Shown piece by piece: positions 8,894 through 17,346 of a stretch of DNA of 64,000 nt (positions within the stretch are counted from its first letter, which is position 1; every line of letters starts with the position of its first letter). Below the pieces are notes generated by a model. That model searched no databases and was not told the origin of the DNA. It was given only the letters and a program-made list of their open reading frames with translations. This DNA comes from Verrucomicrobiaceae bacterium. Its GTDB lineage: Bacteria > Verrucomicrobiota > Verrucomicrobiia > Chthoniobacterales > Chthoniobacteraceae. A program made the translations under genes and the position numbers. The stretch is from the NCBI GenBank assembly GCA_043757005.1, contig JAYVQK010000121.1:2069-66068 (forward strand). The letters are read 5' to 3'.

Positions 8894-9655
8894 TTAAGAT
8901 TTCAGCTTCCGGCTGTGGAAGACGTGGTGCGTGAGCACGAGGAAAACGGTGGTGACGGAGACATACCAGACGATCCGCCGCGAATCCACGAGCCCCTTGG
9001 TGAAGTCCGAGAGATGGGCAATCGGGCTGACAAATTCCGTCGCAGCAGTGACGCGCGGATCGGTCATATTCAGCAGCCGCGCCAGCATGAGCGGGAGCCA
9101 CAGATAGACGATGGTGACGCTGATGCTGATGACCGCCGCGTTCACCTGATCGCGCACGAGCACGCTCGCAAAAATCCCGATGCTGATGAAGAGCATCCCG
9201 ATGAGGATGAGGATGAGGTAAGTGCTGCCGATGGCCTCCACGCTCTTTGCCACAGGCGCTCCGCCGCTCACGTAGTGGAAGATGGCGAAGAAGGCCACCG
9301 TGGGGATGAAGAGGACAATGTAGAAAAGCAGCGCGCCAAAAAACTTCGCGAGCACGACCTGCCAATCCGTGACGGGTGCAGTGGTGAGCATTTCGATGGT
9401 GCCCATTCGGAACTCCTCCGAGAACGCGCGCATCGTGATGAGCGAGGTGGTGATCGCGAAGACGAAGATGAAGATCACATTCACAAACGTCGTCTCGATG
9501 ATCGTCACGTCGGACGGCTGCTGGTTCAAAACGGTGAACGCTGTTTGGAAATTAAAACCCATCAGCGCGGCAAACATGGCCATCACCACGTAGGCGACCG
9601 GGGTGTAAAAAATACTGCGGACTTCGCGCAGCAGTTGGACGAGGAAAGTTCTCAT
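8894..9655 (-). CDS. ABC-2 type transporter permease (GldF-like)
   Basis: Polytopic protein starting MRTFLVQLLREVRSIFYTPVAYVVMAMFAALMGFNF. ATG at 9653..9655 is preferred over the longer ORF, whose Arg-rich extension overlaps the ATPase gene. Confidence 0.75.
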   Translation of the reverse strand: MRTFLVQLLREVRSIFYTPVAYVVMAMFAALMGFNFQTAFTVLNQQPSDVTIIETTFVNVIFIFVFAITTSLITMRAFSEEFRMGTIEMLTTAPVTDWQVVLAKFFGALLFYIVLFIPTVAFFAIFHYVSGGAPVAKSVEAIGSTYLILILIGMLFISIGIFASVLVRDQVNAAVISISVTIVYLWLPLMLARLLNMTDPRVTAATEFVSPIAHLSDFTKGLVDSRRIVWYVSVTTVFLVLTHHVFHSRKLKS

Positions 9656-9678
9656 GCGGTTTGGAAAAAGAGTGGGTG

Positions 9679-10611
9679 TTAGTGGTCGGACATCGTCAGC
9701 TCGGCGAAGACATCTTCGAGCGTGGCGCGTTTTTGGTGTAGCTCGCGCACGGGCCATTGGCGCTCGGCGGCGAGCTTTAGGATTTCTTCGCCGGGGGTGG
9801 CGTTGGCATCAAGGCGAAGGGTGAAACTCGTCCACTCCCCAGCCGCCTCGCTGCTCACGTCTTTTACCCCAGCGATCTTGCTGAGCGCTTCGTTGGCGTC
9901 TTGCGCGGGGGCTTTGGCCTCCAGCGAAAGCTCGCCCACGGAGCGATGGTTTTTCATCAAATTCGCCGCCGTATCGCTCGCGCGGATTTGCCCGCGATGG
10001 ATGACGATAACTCGCGAGCACATCATCTCCACTTCCGGCAAAATGTGCGTGCTGATGAGCACGGTGCGCTTTTCCGCGAGGCTCTTGATGAGTTCGCGGA
10101 CGGTGCGGATTTGGTTCGGATCGAGGCCGATGGTCGGCTCGTCGAGGATGAGGAGATCGGGATCATGCACGAGTGCGTCTGCGAGGCCCACGCGCTGGCG
10201 GTAGCCTTTCGAGAGGCTGCCGATGATCTGTTTCTCGCGGTCAGCGATCTGGCATTGCGCCAGCACATCGCTCACGGCGTCGCGCACTTTGCCCATCGCT
10301 ACGCCTTTGAGCGCGGCGCGGTAGCGGAGGTATTCGCCCACGCGCATATCGGTGTAGAGCGGCGTATTCTCGGGCAGGTAGCCGATGCGGCTGCGGGCGC
10401 GGAGGCTGTCGTTAAAGACATCGAAGCCCGCGATACTCGCTGAGCCGGAGCTGGGCGGGAGGAAGCCGGTGAGGATCTTCATCGTGGTGCTTTTGCCCGC
10501 GCCATTTGGCCCGAGGAAACCGACGATTTCGCCCTTGGCCACGGAAAAGCTGATGTCTTTCACAGCGGTGAAAGAGCCGTATTTCTTGGTGAGTTGTTTG
10601 ACTTCGATCAT
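9679..10611 (-). CDS. ABC transporter ATP-binding protein (GldA-like)
   Basis: Walker A GPNGAGKST, signature LSKGYRQR and Walker B LLILDEPT. Confidence 0.9.
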   Translation of the reverse strand: MIEVKQLTKKYGSFTAVKDISFSVAKGEIVGFLGPNGAGKSTTMKILTGFLPPSSGSASIAGFDVFNDSLRARSRIGYLPENTPLYTDMRVGEYLRYRAALKGVAMGKVRDAVSDVLAQCQIADREKQIIGSLSKGYRQRVGLADALVHDPDLLILDEPTIGLDPNQIRTVRELIKSLAEKRTVLISTHILPEVEMMCSRVIVIHRGQIRASDTAANLMKNHRSVGELSLEAKAPAQDANEALSKIAGVKDVSSEAAGEWTSFTLRLDANATPGEEILKLAAERQWPVRELHQKRATLEDVFAELTMSDH

Positions 10612-10839
10612 GTCGAGAGAGCTTTGTTTTTAAATAGCAGCCCGCACTTTTCCCGACGCCAACAAAGTCAGCGGCAGCCTGCACTATCAGCGGAGCGCGG
10701 AGCTTTAGCAGGCGCGGAAAAGTTGGCAAGTGGCGGTTCAAAAAGTGCGGGCATTTTCAGACAGCGCAGTGTGGGTGGCGTTGAATGAAAAAGTATTTTC
10801 ATACTGGACACCATCGCCGCTGCCCCGAAATGAAAGAGC

Positions 10840-11868
10840 GTGGAAACACTTACCATTTCTCAGCTCAAGCACGCTGCCGCCGCCAACCGCATCGAAGCCT
10901 CCGTGCATGGCCAGCTCGACACGCTGAACCGCAAGGACACGCGCGAGGGCAAGCCGTTCTTCGAGGTCGTGGTGGCGGATTCCGAGGGGAAGATCACGTT
11001 GCGAGCGTGGAGTGATGCGCCTGCGTTTGAGTTTTGCCAACGCGCGGCGGCGGGAACTTTTGTGGAGGTCACGGGGGAGTTTTCGACGAATGGCAGCTTT
11101 GGTCTCGATGCGAAACGCTGGACGGTGCGCGAGCTGGACGCCGCCGAGCGCGAAGTGCTGTTGGCGGGCTCCGCAGAGCTGCGCGAGCGGCAGGCGGCGG
11201 ACTACGCTTTCATCGAACAAAGCATCGCCGCGCTCACCGATCCGCGACTCGCTGCGCTCGGAAATCTCTTCCTCGCCGAGTATGGCGAGCGCTTTCGCCG
11301 GGCGGCGGCGGCGCGCGTGAATCACCACGCGCGGCGTGGCGGGCTCGTGGAGCACACGGCGCAGATGATGCGTAGCGCACTGGCCATCGCGAGCGCGTAT
11401 CCCCGGCTAAATCGCGACCTGCTCGCGAGCGGCGTGCTCTTTCACGACTGCGGGAAGCTGTGGGAAAACCAACTCCCAACCGAGGGTTTCACGATGGCCT
11501 TTAGCGAAATCGGCGAGCTGCTGGGCCACATCACCATCGGCATCGAGCTGGTGAATGTGCTGTGGCGGAAATTGCAAACCAGCGAGGAATGGAAGAGCTG
11601 GCTGCCGCTGGAGCCCGCGAGCGAAGACGTGCGCCAGCACTTGCTCCACCTCGTCGCGGCGCACCACGGCGAGCTGTCATTCGGGAGCCCCGTGGTGCCG
11701 AAGACGCCCGAGGCGTGGGCACTGCATTACGTGGATAATCTCGACGCCAAAATGGAAATGCTTACTTGCGCCTACGCCAACGCCAAGCAGCTCGCCCCGC
11801 GCATCCAAGAGCGCGCATGGCCACTGCCGGGCAACGCCGTGCAGCCACTCGGGCGCTTTGAGGGATAA
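10840..11868 (+). CDS. OB-fold plus HD-domain protein, YhaM-like 3'-5' exoribonuclease family
   Basis: N-terminal OB-like segment (GKPFFEVVVADSEGKITLRAW). HD-domain motifs HHARRGGLVEHT, LFHDCGKL and AAHHGE...YVDNLDAK. GTG start. Confidence 0.65.
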   Translation: METLTISQLKHAAAANRIEASVHGQLDTLNRKDTREGKPFFEVVVADSEGKITLRAWSDAPAFEFCQRAAAGTFVEVTGEFSTNGSFGLDAKRWTVRELDAAEREVLLAGSAELRERQAADYAFIEQSIAALTDPRLAALGNLFLAEYGERFRRAAAARVNHHARRGGLVEHTAQMMRSALAIASAYPRLNRDLLASGVLFHDCGKLWENQLPTEGFTMAFSEIGELLGHITIGIELVNVLWRKLQTSEEWKSWLPLEPASEDVRQHLLHLVAAHHGELSFGSPVVPKTPEAWALHYVDNLDAKMEMLTCAYANAKQLAPRIQERAWPLPGNAVQPLGRFEG

Positions 11869-11873
11869 AAAAA

Positions 11874-12830
11874 CTAGCCGCCCAGCCTGCCAAAAAACTC
11901 CCCCAGTCGCGCCGCCACGGCTGCGTAGCTGAGAGTGCTCGCGGCCTCCGCTTGCGAGGTCGCCACGGTGCGCTCCCACTGCGCGTCGTCGTGCAGCGCG
12001 GCCATTGTCGCGCCTCGAAATGCGAGCTGCTCCACGGCGCTATTGCCGCCGATGCATGGCATCCGGCAGAGCAGCGCATCCCCCGCCACTTGGCCGGGGA
12101 CGGCGCTGGCATCGAGCTGGAAAACGACGCGGCATTTTGCCATCTCGCGCAGGTAGGCGGTGTAAGGCATCCGCCCCTCTAGCAAGCGCAGATGCGGGCA
12201 GCCGAGCGCCACGAGCTTCTTACGGCCAGCGCGAGCTTCCGTATTAAAGACCGTCACCGGCACGCCGAGAGAGCAAGCGTGGAGCAGCGCGCTGGCGTGA
12301 TTGCGCGTGGGCACGCTCCACTCGCGAGTGCCGATGAAGATGCCGCTGCGCTCGCCGAGCGGCGTGGAAAAATCCCATCGCGCATCGTCCACGGGATACG
12401 GCGTGGGCACAAAGTCCGCCACCCGCGCGCTGCTCGATGCGTAGAGCGGCACCAGCTCCGGCGTGCTACTCAGCGCCGCATCCGCACCCGCGCACAGCTC
12501 GCGGAAACGCGCGAGATTCTCCGCGCTATCGAGCTGTTCGGCGACTTGATGCGCGCCGCTCTCTTTCCACGAAATCGCCACCACCTTCCCGCGCGCCTTC
12601 AGCTCGCGGAGGGCCTTCAGTGCAGGCTTCAGGTCGCGCCGCAGTAGTAGCAGCACGGCACGTTGCTCCTCGGGAATGGCGGCAACTTCGCGGTGAAAAG
12701 AGCCGCGCGTGCAGGCCGCGTAGGCGTGGTAATTGACGGGCGCATGGACGCGATCATCTCGCACCCCCGCCCCGTCTGGGAAGTGCTGCACCGGGTCGCG
12801 CCCGCCGGGATTGAGAACTGCAAGTTGCAT
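11874..12830 (-). CDS. hypothetical protein, possibly GT-B-like glycosyltransferase fold
   Basis: Long ORF whose codon usage resembles its neighbours. I recognise no diagnostic motif. ATG 12828..12830 is preferred over 12869. Confidence 0.4.
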   Translation of the reverse strand: MQLAVLNPGGRDPVQHFPDGAGVRDDRVHAPVNYHAYAACTRGSFHREVAAIPEEQRAVLLLLRRDLKPALKALRELKARGKVVAISWKESGAHQVAEQLDSAENLARFRELCAGADAALSSTPELVPLYASSSARVADFVPTPYPVDDARWDFSTPLGERSGIFIGTREWSVPTRNHASALLHACSLGVPVTVFNTEARAGRKKLVALGCPHLRLLEGRMPYTAYLREMAKCRVVFQLDASAVPGQVAGDALLCRMPCIGGNSAVEQLAFRGATMAALHDDAQWERTVATSQAEAASTLSYAAVAARLGEFFGRLGG

Positions 12831-12900
12831 GAGCCGCCGACATAGGCGCGAAAGCCGAGCGCTTTCCAAGCTCGTTTGCCGCTGAGATTCACAGATCGGA

Positions 12901-12991
12901 TTTTAGCCACTGATGGACACGGATGAAACACGGATGTGCTGCACACTCGCTTGCGCATCTGTGTTTCATCCGTGTCCATCAGTGGCTAAAA
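12901..12991. repeat. 31-bp perfect inverted repeat with 29-nt spacer (REP/MITE-like palindrome)
   Basis: TTTTAGCCACTGATGGACACGGATGAAACAC (12901..12931) is the exact reverse complement of 12961..12991. Confidence 0.9.
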
Positions 12992-13087
12992 CACTACGCG
13001 CTGCTACTGCACGCATTTTTATCCTCGCCCCGCTCCCCACGATTTCGCTACCAGCGCACGCCGTTTCACATACTTTTTCACAAACAA

Positions 13088-13708
13088 ATGACCAAAGCCG
13101 ACATCCCGCGCAAAACCATCTACCGCCTCTCCATCTATAACCGTGCCCTCCAGCGGCTGCGCGAAAACGGCACGCAGACGGTGAGCTCCGAGGCCCTCGC
13201 CACGGCGGCGGGAGTAAAGCCTACACAGCTTCGCAAGGACCTCACCTACTTCGGCCAATGGGGCACGCGCGGGCTCGGCTATAACGTGGAGGGCCTCAGC
13301 AAAGCCATCTCGGAAGTGCTCGGCATGGCGAAATTGCAGCCCGTCATCCTCGTCGGCGCGGGCCAGCTCGGCTCCGCCCTTTTGCGCTACGACGGCTTTG
13401 CCAAAGAAGGATTCGAGGTCATCGCCGCCTTCGATGCCGACCTCACGCGTAAGCGCCCGCGCGACCTCAAAGTGCCCGTGCTCCCCGCCTCACAGCTCGC
13501 CGATTTCATCCGCGAGCGTAGCGTAAAGCTCGCCATCCTCACTGTCCCCGGCAGCGTCGCGCAGCAAGTGGCCAACACGCTCGTAGAGGCCGGCATCCAA
13601 GCGATCCTTAACTTCGCCCCCGCCGTCCTCCACGTCCCCGAACGCATCGTAGTGAATAATGTGGATCTCGCCATAGAGCTAGAAAACCTAAGCTACTTCG
13701 TAAAGTAA
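13088..13708 (+). CDS. rex: redox-sensing transcriptional repressor Rex
   Basis: IPRKTIYRLSIYNRALQRL...VSSEALA...QLRKDLTYFGQWGTRGLGYNV is the Rex winged helix. ILVGAGQLGSALL is the Rossmann NAD(H) site. ATG at 13088. Confidence 0.85.
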   Translation: MTKADIPRKTIYRLSIYNRALQRLRENGTQTVSSEALATAAGVKPTQLRKDLTYFGQWGTRGLGYNVEGLSKAISEVLGMAKLQPVILVGAGQLGSALLRYDGFAKEGFEVIAAFDADLTRKRPRDLKVPVLPASQLADFIRERSVKLAILTVPGSVAQQVANTLVEAGIQAILNFAPAVLHVPERIVVNNVDLAIELENLSYFVK

Positions 13709-13831
13709 GCCGCCGCATCCTCGAACCACAAAGGGCGTGCAAAGATGGGCAGCTCACGCGCGCCGCGTGCCGTGCCGTGCATCCGCCCCAGCACATTGAG
13801 CGATGTCCTGATACTATCTTTCAGAAATAAG

Positions 13832-13915
13832 GGGGCTACGAAGAACGCGAAGAACGCGAAACAGCGGCGGGTTCCAAGTGCTTCTCTTCTGTGCTTCGCG
13901 TTCTTCGTAGTCCCC
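13832..13915. repeat. long hairpin (17+4 bp stem, 41-nt loop) between convergent genes
   Basis: CTACGAAGAACGCGAAG (13836..13852) pairs perfectly with 13894..13910. GGGG/CCCC extends the stem across a 1-nt bulge. There is an internal GAAGAACGC direct duplication. Confidence 0.8.
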
Positions 13916-14019
13916 TTTGTAGGGTCAGGTTATTTCCGAAAGATGGTATAGCACTCTCGAAAATAAAACCTTTTCCCGTGTCCTTCTGTGGACTTATTCA
14001 GCGGCTCCTTAGTGCTGCT

Positions 14020-14427
14020 TTACTGCGATTGCTCGCCGAGTGTTATGTGGCCTTCGTCCGTGTGGTGGGCGTTGCGGTTGAACGGGGCGGGCTTGCCGGG
14101 CATGACGCGCTGCGGCTCGCTCTTTGCGCAGCCGCTGAAAATGGAGGGGAGGACGACTGCGAGCAGCCATAATGCGCGGCTGCGGACGGTGTGGAGCCAC
14201 GACCAGCGGGTGCGTGTGACGATGGTGCCGTCCTGGCGGATGCGGTAGGCGATGCACTCGGTGCCGTCGCGCTTTTCTACGAAGGTCTGTAGCTCGCGCG
14301 GGGTGTATTCGGAGAGGTTGTGGACGTGTTTATCGCACTGCGCGCAGAGGCGGCGGCGGGCGTCGCCATTCATTTGGTTCCAGTCAGCGGTGCAGGGCTT
14401 GGCGATGGGGATGGGTGGTGTTTTCAT
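14020..14427 (-). CDS. small Cys-motif protein with C-terminal membrane/lipobox-like segment, unknown function
   Basis: 135-aa ORF. N-terminal CTADW....RRLCAQCDKHVHNL gives one single Cys plus a CxxC motif, which could be zinc-ribbon-like. This is followed by the hydrophobic stretch ALWLLAVVLPSIFSGC. Confidence 0.45.
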   Translation of the reverse strand: MKTPPIPIAKPCTADWNQMNGDARRRLCAQCDKHVHNLSEYTPRELQTFVEKRDGTECIAYRIRQDGTIVTRTRWSWLHTVRSRALWLLAVVLPSIFSGCAKSEPQRVMPGKPAPFNRNAHHTDEGHITLGEQSQ

Positions 14428-14485
14428 GGTGAAGGTGATGTGGTTTTTGGATGGTTTTTGTGGATGGTGGAGCGCCTGCGGCGGC

Positions 14486-14648
14486 GCTGGACTTTTAACT
14501 CTGAACTCTGAACCTCGAACTCTGAACTTCGAACTTCGAACTTCGAACTCTTAATTTTTAAAGCAAACCCGTTTTCTCACCCTGCGAACGTCCACCGGAG
14601 CGGCAATTTGAACATTAAGAGTTCGGAGTTCGAAGTCCAGAGTCCAGC
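14486..14648. repeat. heptanucleotide tandem repeat (AACTYYG, about 7.5 units) forming the long arm of an imperfect inverted repeat
   Basis: 14497..14552 reads AACTCTG AACTCTG AACCTCG AACTCTG AACTTCG AACTTCG AACTTCG AACTCTT. 14615..14648 is the reverse-complement arm with about 3.5 units. Both arms begin with GCTGGACT and end with AACTCTTAA. Confidence 0.85.
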
Positions 14649-14774
14649 TCGCCGCGGGCGTTCTGCCAAATGGAGTCGGACAGCGAATCCGCTAAAAAAA
14701 AGGTTCTCTTTCAATGAGCACCAAGTGCCCTGCCGCCCGCGCGAAGGGTTCGCGCGGGCGGAGGGCCTTTGTGC

Positions 14775-14897
14775 TTACTTGCCGTGGGGCACGTAGGCTT
14801 TGCCGGTGCAGTGGGTGGCTACGGGTGGCTGCGTCGTCTTGCAGGCGACGAGGCTCAGGAGCAGTGTGGCGAGGGTGATGCGGATGGTGTTTTTCAT
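14775..14897 (-). CDS. putative 40-aa lipoprotein (below the ORF-track length cutoff)
   Basis: The minus strand reads MKNTIRITLATLLLSLVACKTTQPPVATHCTGKAYVPHGK. That gives a signal peptide plus the lipobox L-V-A-C. It lies 33 nt downstream of the 270-aa lipoprotein gene. Confidence 0.4.
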   Translation of the reverse strand: MKNTIRITLATLLLSLVACKTTQPPVATHCTGKAYVPHGK

Positions 14898-14930
14898 GGT
14901 GTTGTTGTGTGTTGTTTTTACTCGAAAGGA

Positions 14931-15743
14931 TCACGCATCGGGCGGCGTGGCGTAGGGGCGGCTGTCCGGGAGATGGTGGGGTTCGGTGCTGCGCCAGGCG
15001 CGGTTCTCGGGGCGCGGGAGAGTGTCGCTGGCCCACCAGCGTTCTTGGAAGACGGCGAGGCCGATGACGCCGACATTTGTGGCGTCGCTGTGTTTGCGCT
15101 GGGCGTAGCCTACCCCCATCGCGCTAAAGCGGAAGGCGGCGACGGTGCCATCGCTTGTGCGGAAGCCCTCGACGGCGAGCGTCTCTTTGGGCGCGAGCAC
15201 GTAGCCGCGTTTGGCGAAGGTTGCGCTTTTGCCATCCAGCGCATCGAGGCCGTCCACGCTGAGGACGATTTCGACGCGGCGGGCGGTGGGATTTTGCAGC
15301 ACGATCTCGTATCGTTCGCCGCGCTCGCCAGTGGCGAATTTCCGTGCGCCGAGCCGCCAAGTCTCCAGCCAGCGCCGTTCGGCATTGCGCAGGCCGAGCC
15401 GCACGAGGCCGCTGGCGCTGGGTTGCAGGCCGTTGGCGAGTTCCGGCGTGCCACCGAGGAAAGAGAAGGTCGCATCGTTGCCGTCGCGATCATTATAAAA
15501 GAGCTGGTCGCGTGCGGCGGGATGGCTGCCCCATTGGCGGGCGAAATACGTCGGTTCCACCCACGAATCGCGCTGCTCACCCCACGTAGTGCCCACGCCG
15601 GGGCGCTCGGCGGTGCGGTAGGCGGTGCGGTAGGCGGTGCGGTAGGCGGCAGGCGCACGCTCCCGCGGCGCAGGGCTGCGGCTGGGTGTGGAGCAAGCGG
15701 CGAGCGTGAGCGCGGTGCAGAGCAGCAGTGGTTTTATTTTCAT
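14931..15743 (-). CDS. lipoprotein of unknown function
   Basis: MKIKPLLLCTALTLAAC is a signal peptide with lipobox. The triple repeat AYRTAYRTAYRT follows, then a beta-rich domain (YEIVLQNPTARRVEIVLSVDGLDALDG...GYVLAPKETLAVEGFR). Confidence 0.6.
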   Translation of the reverse strand: MKIKPLLLCTALTLAACSTPSRSPAPRERAPAAYRTAYRTAYRTAERPGVGTTWGEQRDSWVEPTYFARQWGSHPAARDQLFYNDRDGNDATFSFLGGTPELANGLQPSASGLVRLGLRNAERRWLETWRLGARKFATGERGERYEIVLQNPTARRVEIVLSVDGLDALDGKSATFAKRGYVLAPKETLAVEGFRTSDGTVAAFRFSAMGVGYAQRKHSDATNVGVIGLAVFQERWWASDTLPRPENRAWRSTEPHHLPDSRPYATPPDA

Positions 15744-15774
15744 GTGCTAAAAATACAGCACAGCTCAAAAGCGA

Positions 15775-16227
15775 GTGCAAGTGTTTATGCTAAAAAAACT
15801 GCACTTTCTTTTTGACGCCCTCTTTTTCCCTGCCAATGTCCGCCTCGTGCCAGCCAATCAACCAGAAAACGATCCGCTTTCGCGCCGCGAGCGCCAGATC
15901 ATGGATATTGTCTGGAAGCATGGTCGCGCGACTGCCAATGAAGTCCACGAATTGCTCTCCGACGCGCCGAGCTATTCCGCCGTGCGCGCCCTGCTGGCTG
16001 TGCTCGTGGGCAAGGGCCACCTGCGACATGAGCGCGATGGGAAACGCTACGTTTACCTCCCCGTCGCATCGTCCGAGAAGGCCGGAAAGAGCGCGCTGCG
16101 GCGGCTGATCTCGACGTTTTTCAATAACAGCCCGGCGGATCTCGTCGCCACGCTGCTCGACCCTAATGAAGTGGACGAAATGGAGCTATCCCGCATCAAA
16201 GCAATGCTCGAAGAACACAAAAAATGA
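15775..16227 (+). CDS. BlaI/MecI/CopY-family transcriptional repressor
   Basis: LSRRERQIMDIVWKHGRATANEVHELL...YSAVRALLAVLVGKGHLRHERDGKRYVYLP is the family winged helix. The true start may be GTG 15847, giving about 126 aa. Confidence 0.8.
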   Translation: MQVFMLKKLHFLFDALFFPANVRLVPANQPENDPLSRRERQIMDIVWKHGRATANEVHELLSDAPSYSAVRALLAVLVGKGHLRHERDGKRYVYLPVASSEKAGKSALRRLISTFFNNSPADLVATLLDPNEVDEMELSRIKAMLEEHKK

Positions 16228-17225
16228 CCGCTTGGCTGCTCCATAGTTTCATCGTAGGTGCGCTGGCCGTGGCCTGTCTCTGGCTCTGCCCGGCGGCATG
16301 GCGCGCGCGTGTGCGGCAGGCGGTGCCGGTGGGCGCATTCAGCGTTCTGCTGCTGCTCGCCATCACGTTAGCGCGGCCTTTACCCCGCCTCGAAGTGCAA
16401 GCACCCACGGCCCTCGCGAGCTGGGCGGATGCGGCTCCGAGCACGCCGTGGCTGCTCTGGCTCTGGGCGGCAGGTTGCGTCGCGTGCCTCGCCCACCAAG
16501 CCGCTGGAGCCTGCTCGGTTTGGAAAATACTGCGCGCCAGCGACTGCGTGCCCGGCAGCGCATGGCAACAGCTCCTCGCCGATTGCCAACGCACGCTCGG
16601 CATGACTGGCCGCGTGCATCTACGGCTTGCCGGGCGAGGCTTCGTGCCTAGCGCCACCGGCCTCCTGCGCCGCACCGTCCTCCTTCCCACCGAGGCGCTG
16701 CGCTGGGCACCCGAGCAACGCCGCCTCGTGCTCCTGCATGAACTCGGCCATTTCTCACGCGGCGACCTCTGGACTCACGCCCTCGGGCGACTCGCCTGCG
16801 CGCTGCATTGGTTTAATCCCTTCGCATGGTTCCTCCAGCGCCAGCTCGCCATCGAGCGCGAATACGCCTGTGACGCCCTCGTGCTCGCACGCGGAGCCGC
16901 GCCGACCGACTACGCCACACTCCTCTACGACATGGCCACCGCCGCCCAACATCGCCCCGCCATCGCCGCCGCCTTCCTCACCATGGCCTCTCCGCGCACG
17001 GGAAAACTGGAAGCCCGCATCCAGCTCATCCTCACCCCTGCTGCGCGCAAAAGCCGCCTCGCCCGTCTGTTGGAAAGCACCGCCTGCTTCACCTCCATCG
17101 CCCTCCTCCTCGCCTGCGCCGCCTGCAAACCCGTCGCCCGCCTGCTCCCCCAGATGAGCCCATGGACCGCGGCGGAAATCAGCACGCGGCTGGGAGCAAA
17201 TCCGTTCCCCATCGAGAACCGCTGA
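16224..17225 (+). CDS. M56-family (BlaR1-like) membrane metalloprotease/signal transducer without a recognisable sensor domain
   Basis: HEXXH motif in LLHELGHFSRGDLW. It has N-terminal TM helices and a 4-nt overlap with blaI. I see no penicillin-binding-type C-terminal domain. Confidence 0.75.
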   Translation: MTAWLLHSFIVGALAVACLWLCPAAWRARVRQAVPVGAFSVLLLLAITLARPLPRLEVQAPTALASWADAAPSTPWLLWLWAAGCVACLAHQAAGACSVWKILRASDCVPGSAWQQLLADCQRTLGMTGRVHLRLAGRGFVPSATGLLRRTVLLPTEALRWAPEQRRLVLLHELGHFSRGDLWTHALGRLACALHWFNPFAWFLQRQLAIEREYACDALVLARGAAPTDYATLLYDMATAAQHRPAIAAAFLTMASPRTGKLEARIQLILTPAARKSRLARLLESTACFTSIALLLACAACKPVARLLPQMSPWTAAEISTRLGANPFPIENR

Positions 17226-17346
17226 TGGCATCACGAAAATACGGGGCTATCTGTGTGACGTGCGCGGTGGGTTATCCTTATGGGGCGTTTGTTACATTCA
17301 CCTCTTTACGATGCCCTGTGCTGCCTGCTAGAGTAATACCACGCAT

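Noticed and set aside
13060-13087. Rex operator upstream of rex (TTCACA / TTCACAA strings)
   Set aside because: The two half-site-like strings are direct repeats, not the inverted TTGTGAA-N6-TTCACAA arrangement. At most this is one half-site.
14497-14552. Tandem repeats considered as a CRISPR array
   Set aside because: The units are 7 nt with no spacers. This is a microsatellite inside an inverted repeat, not a repeat-spacer array. No cas genes are in the window.
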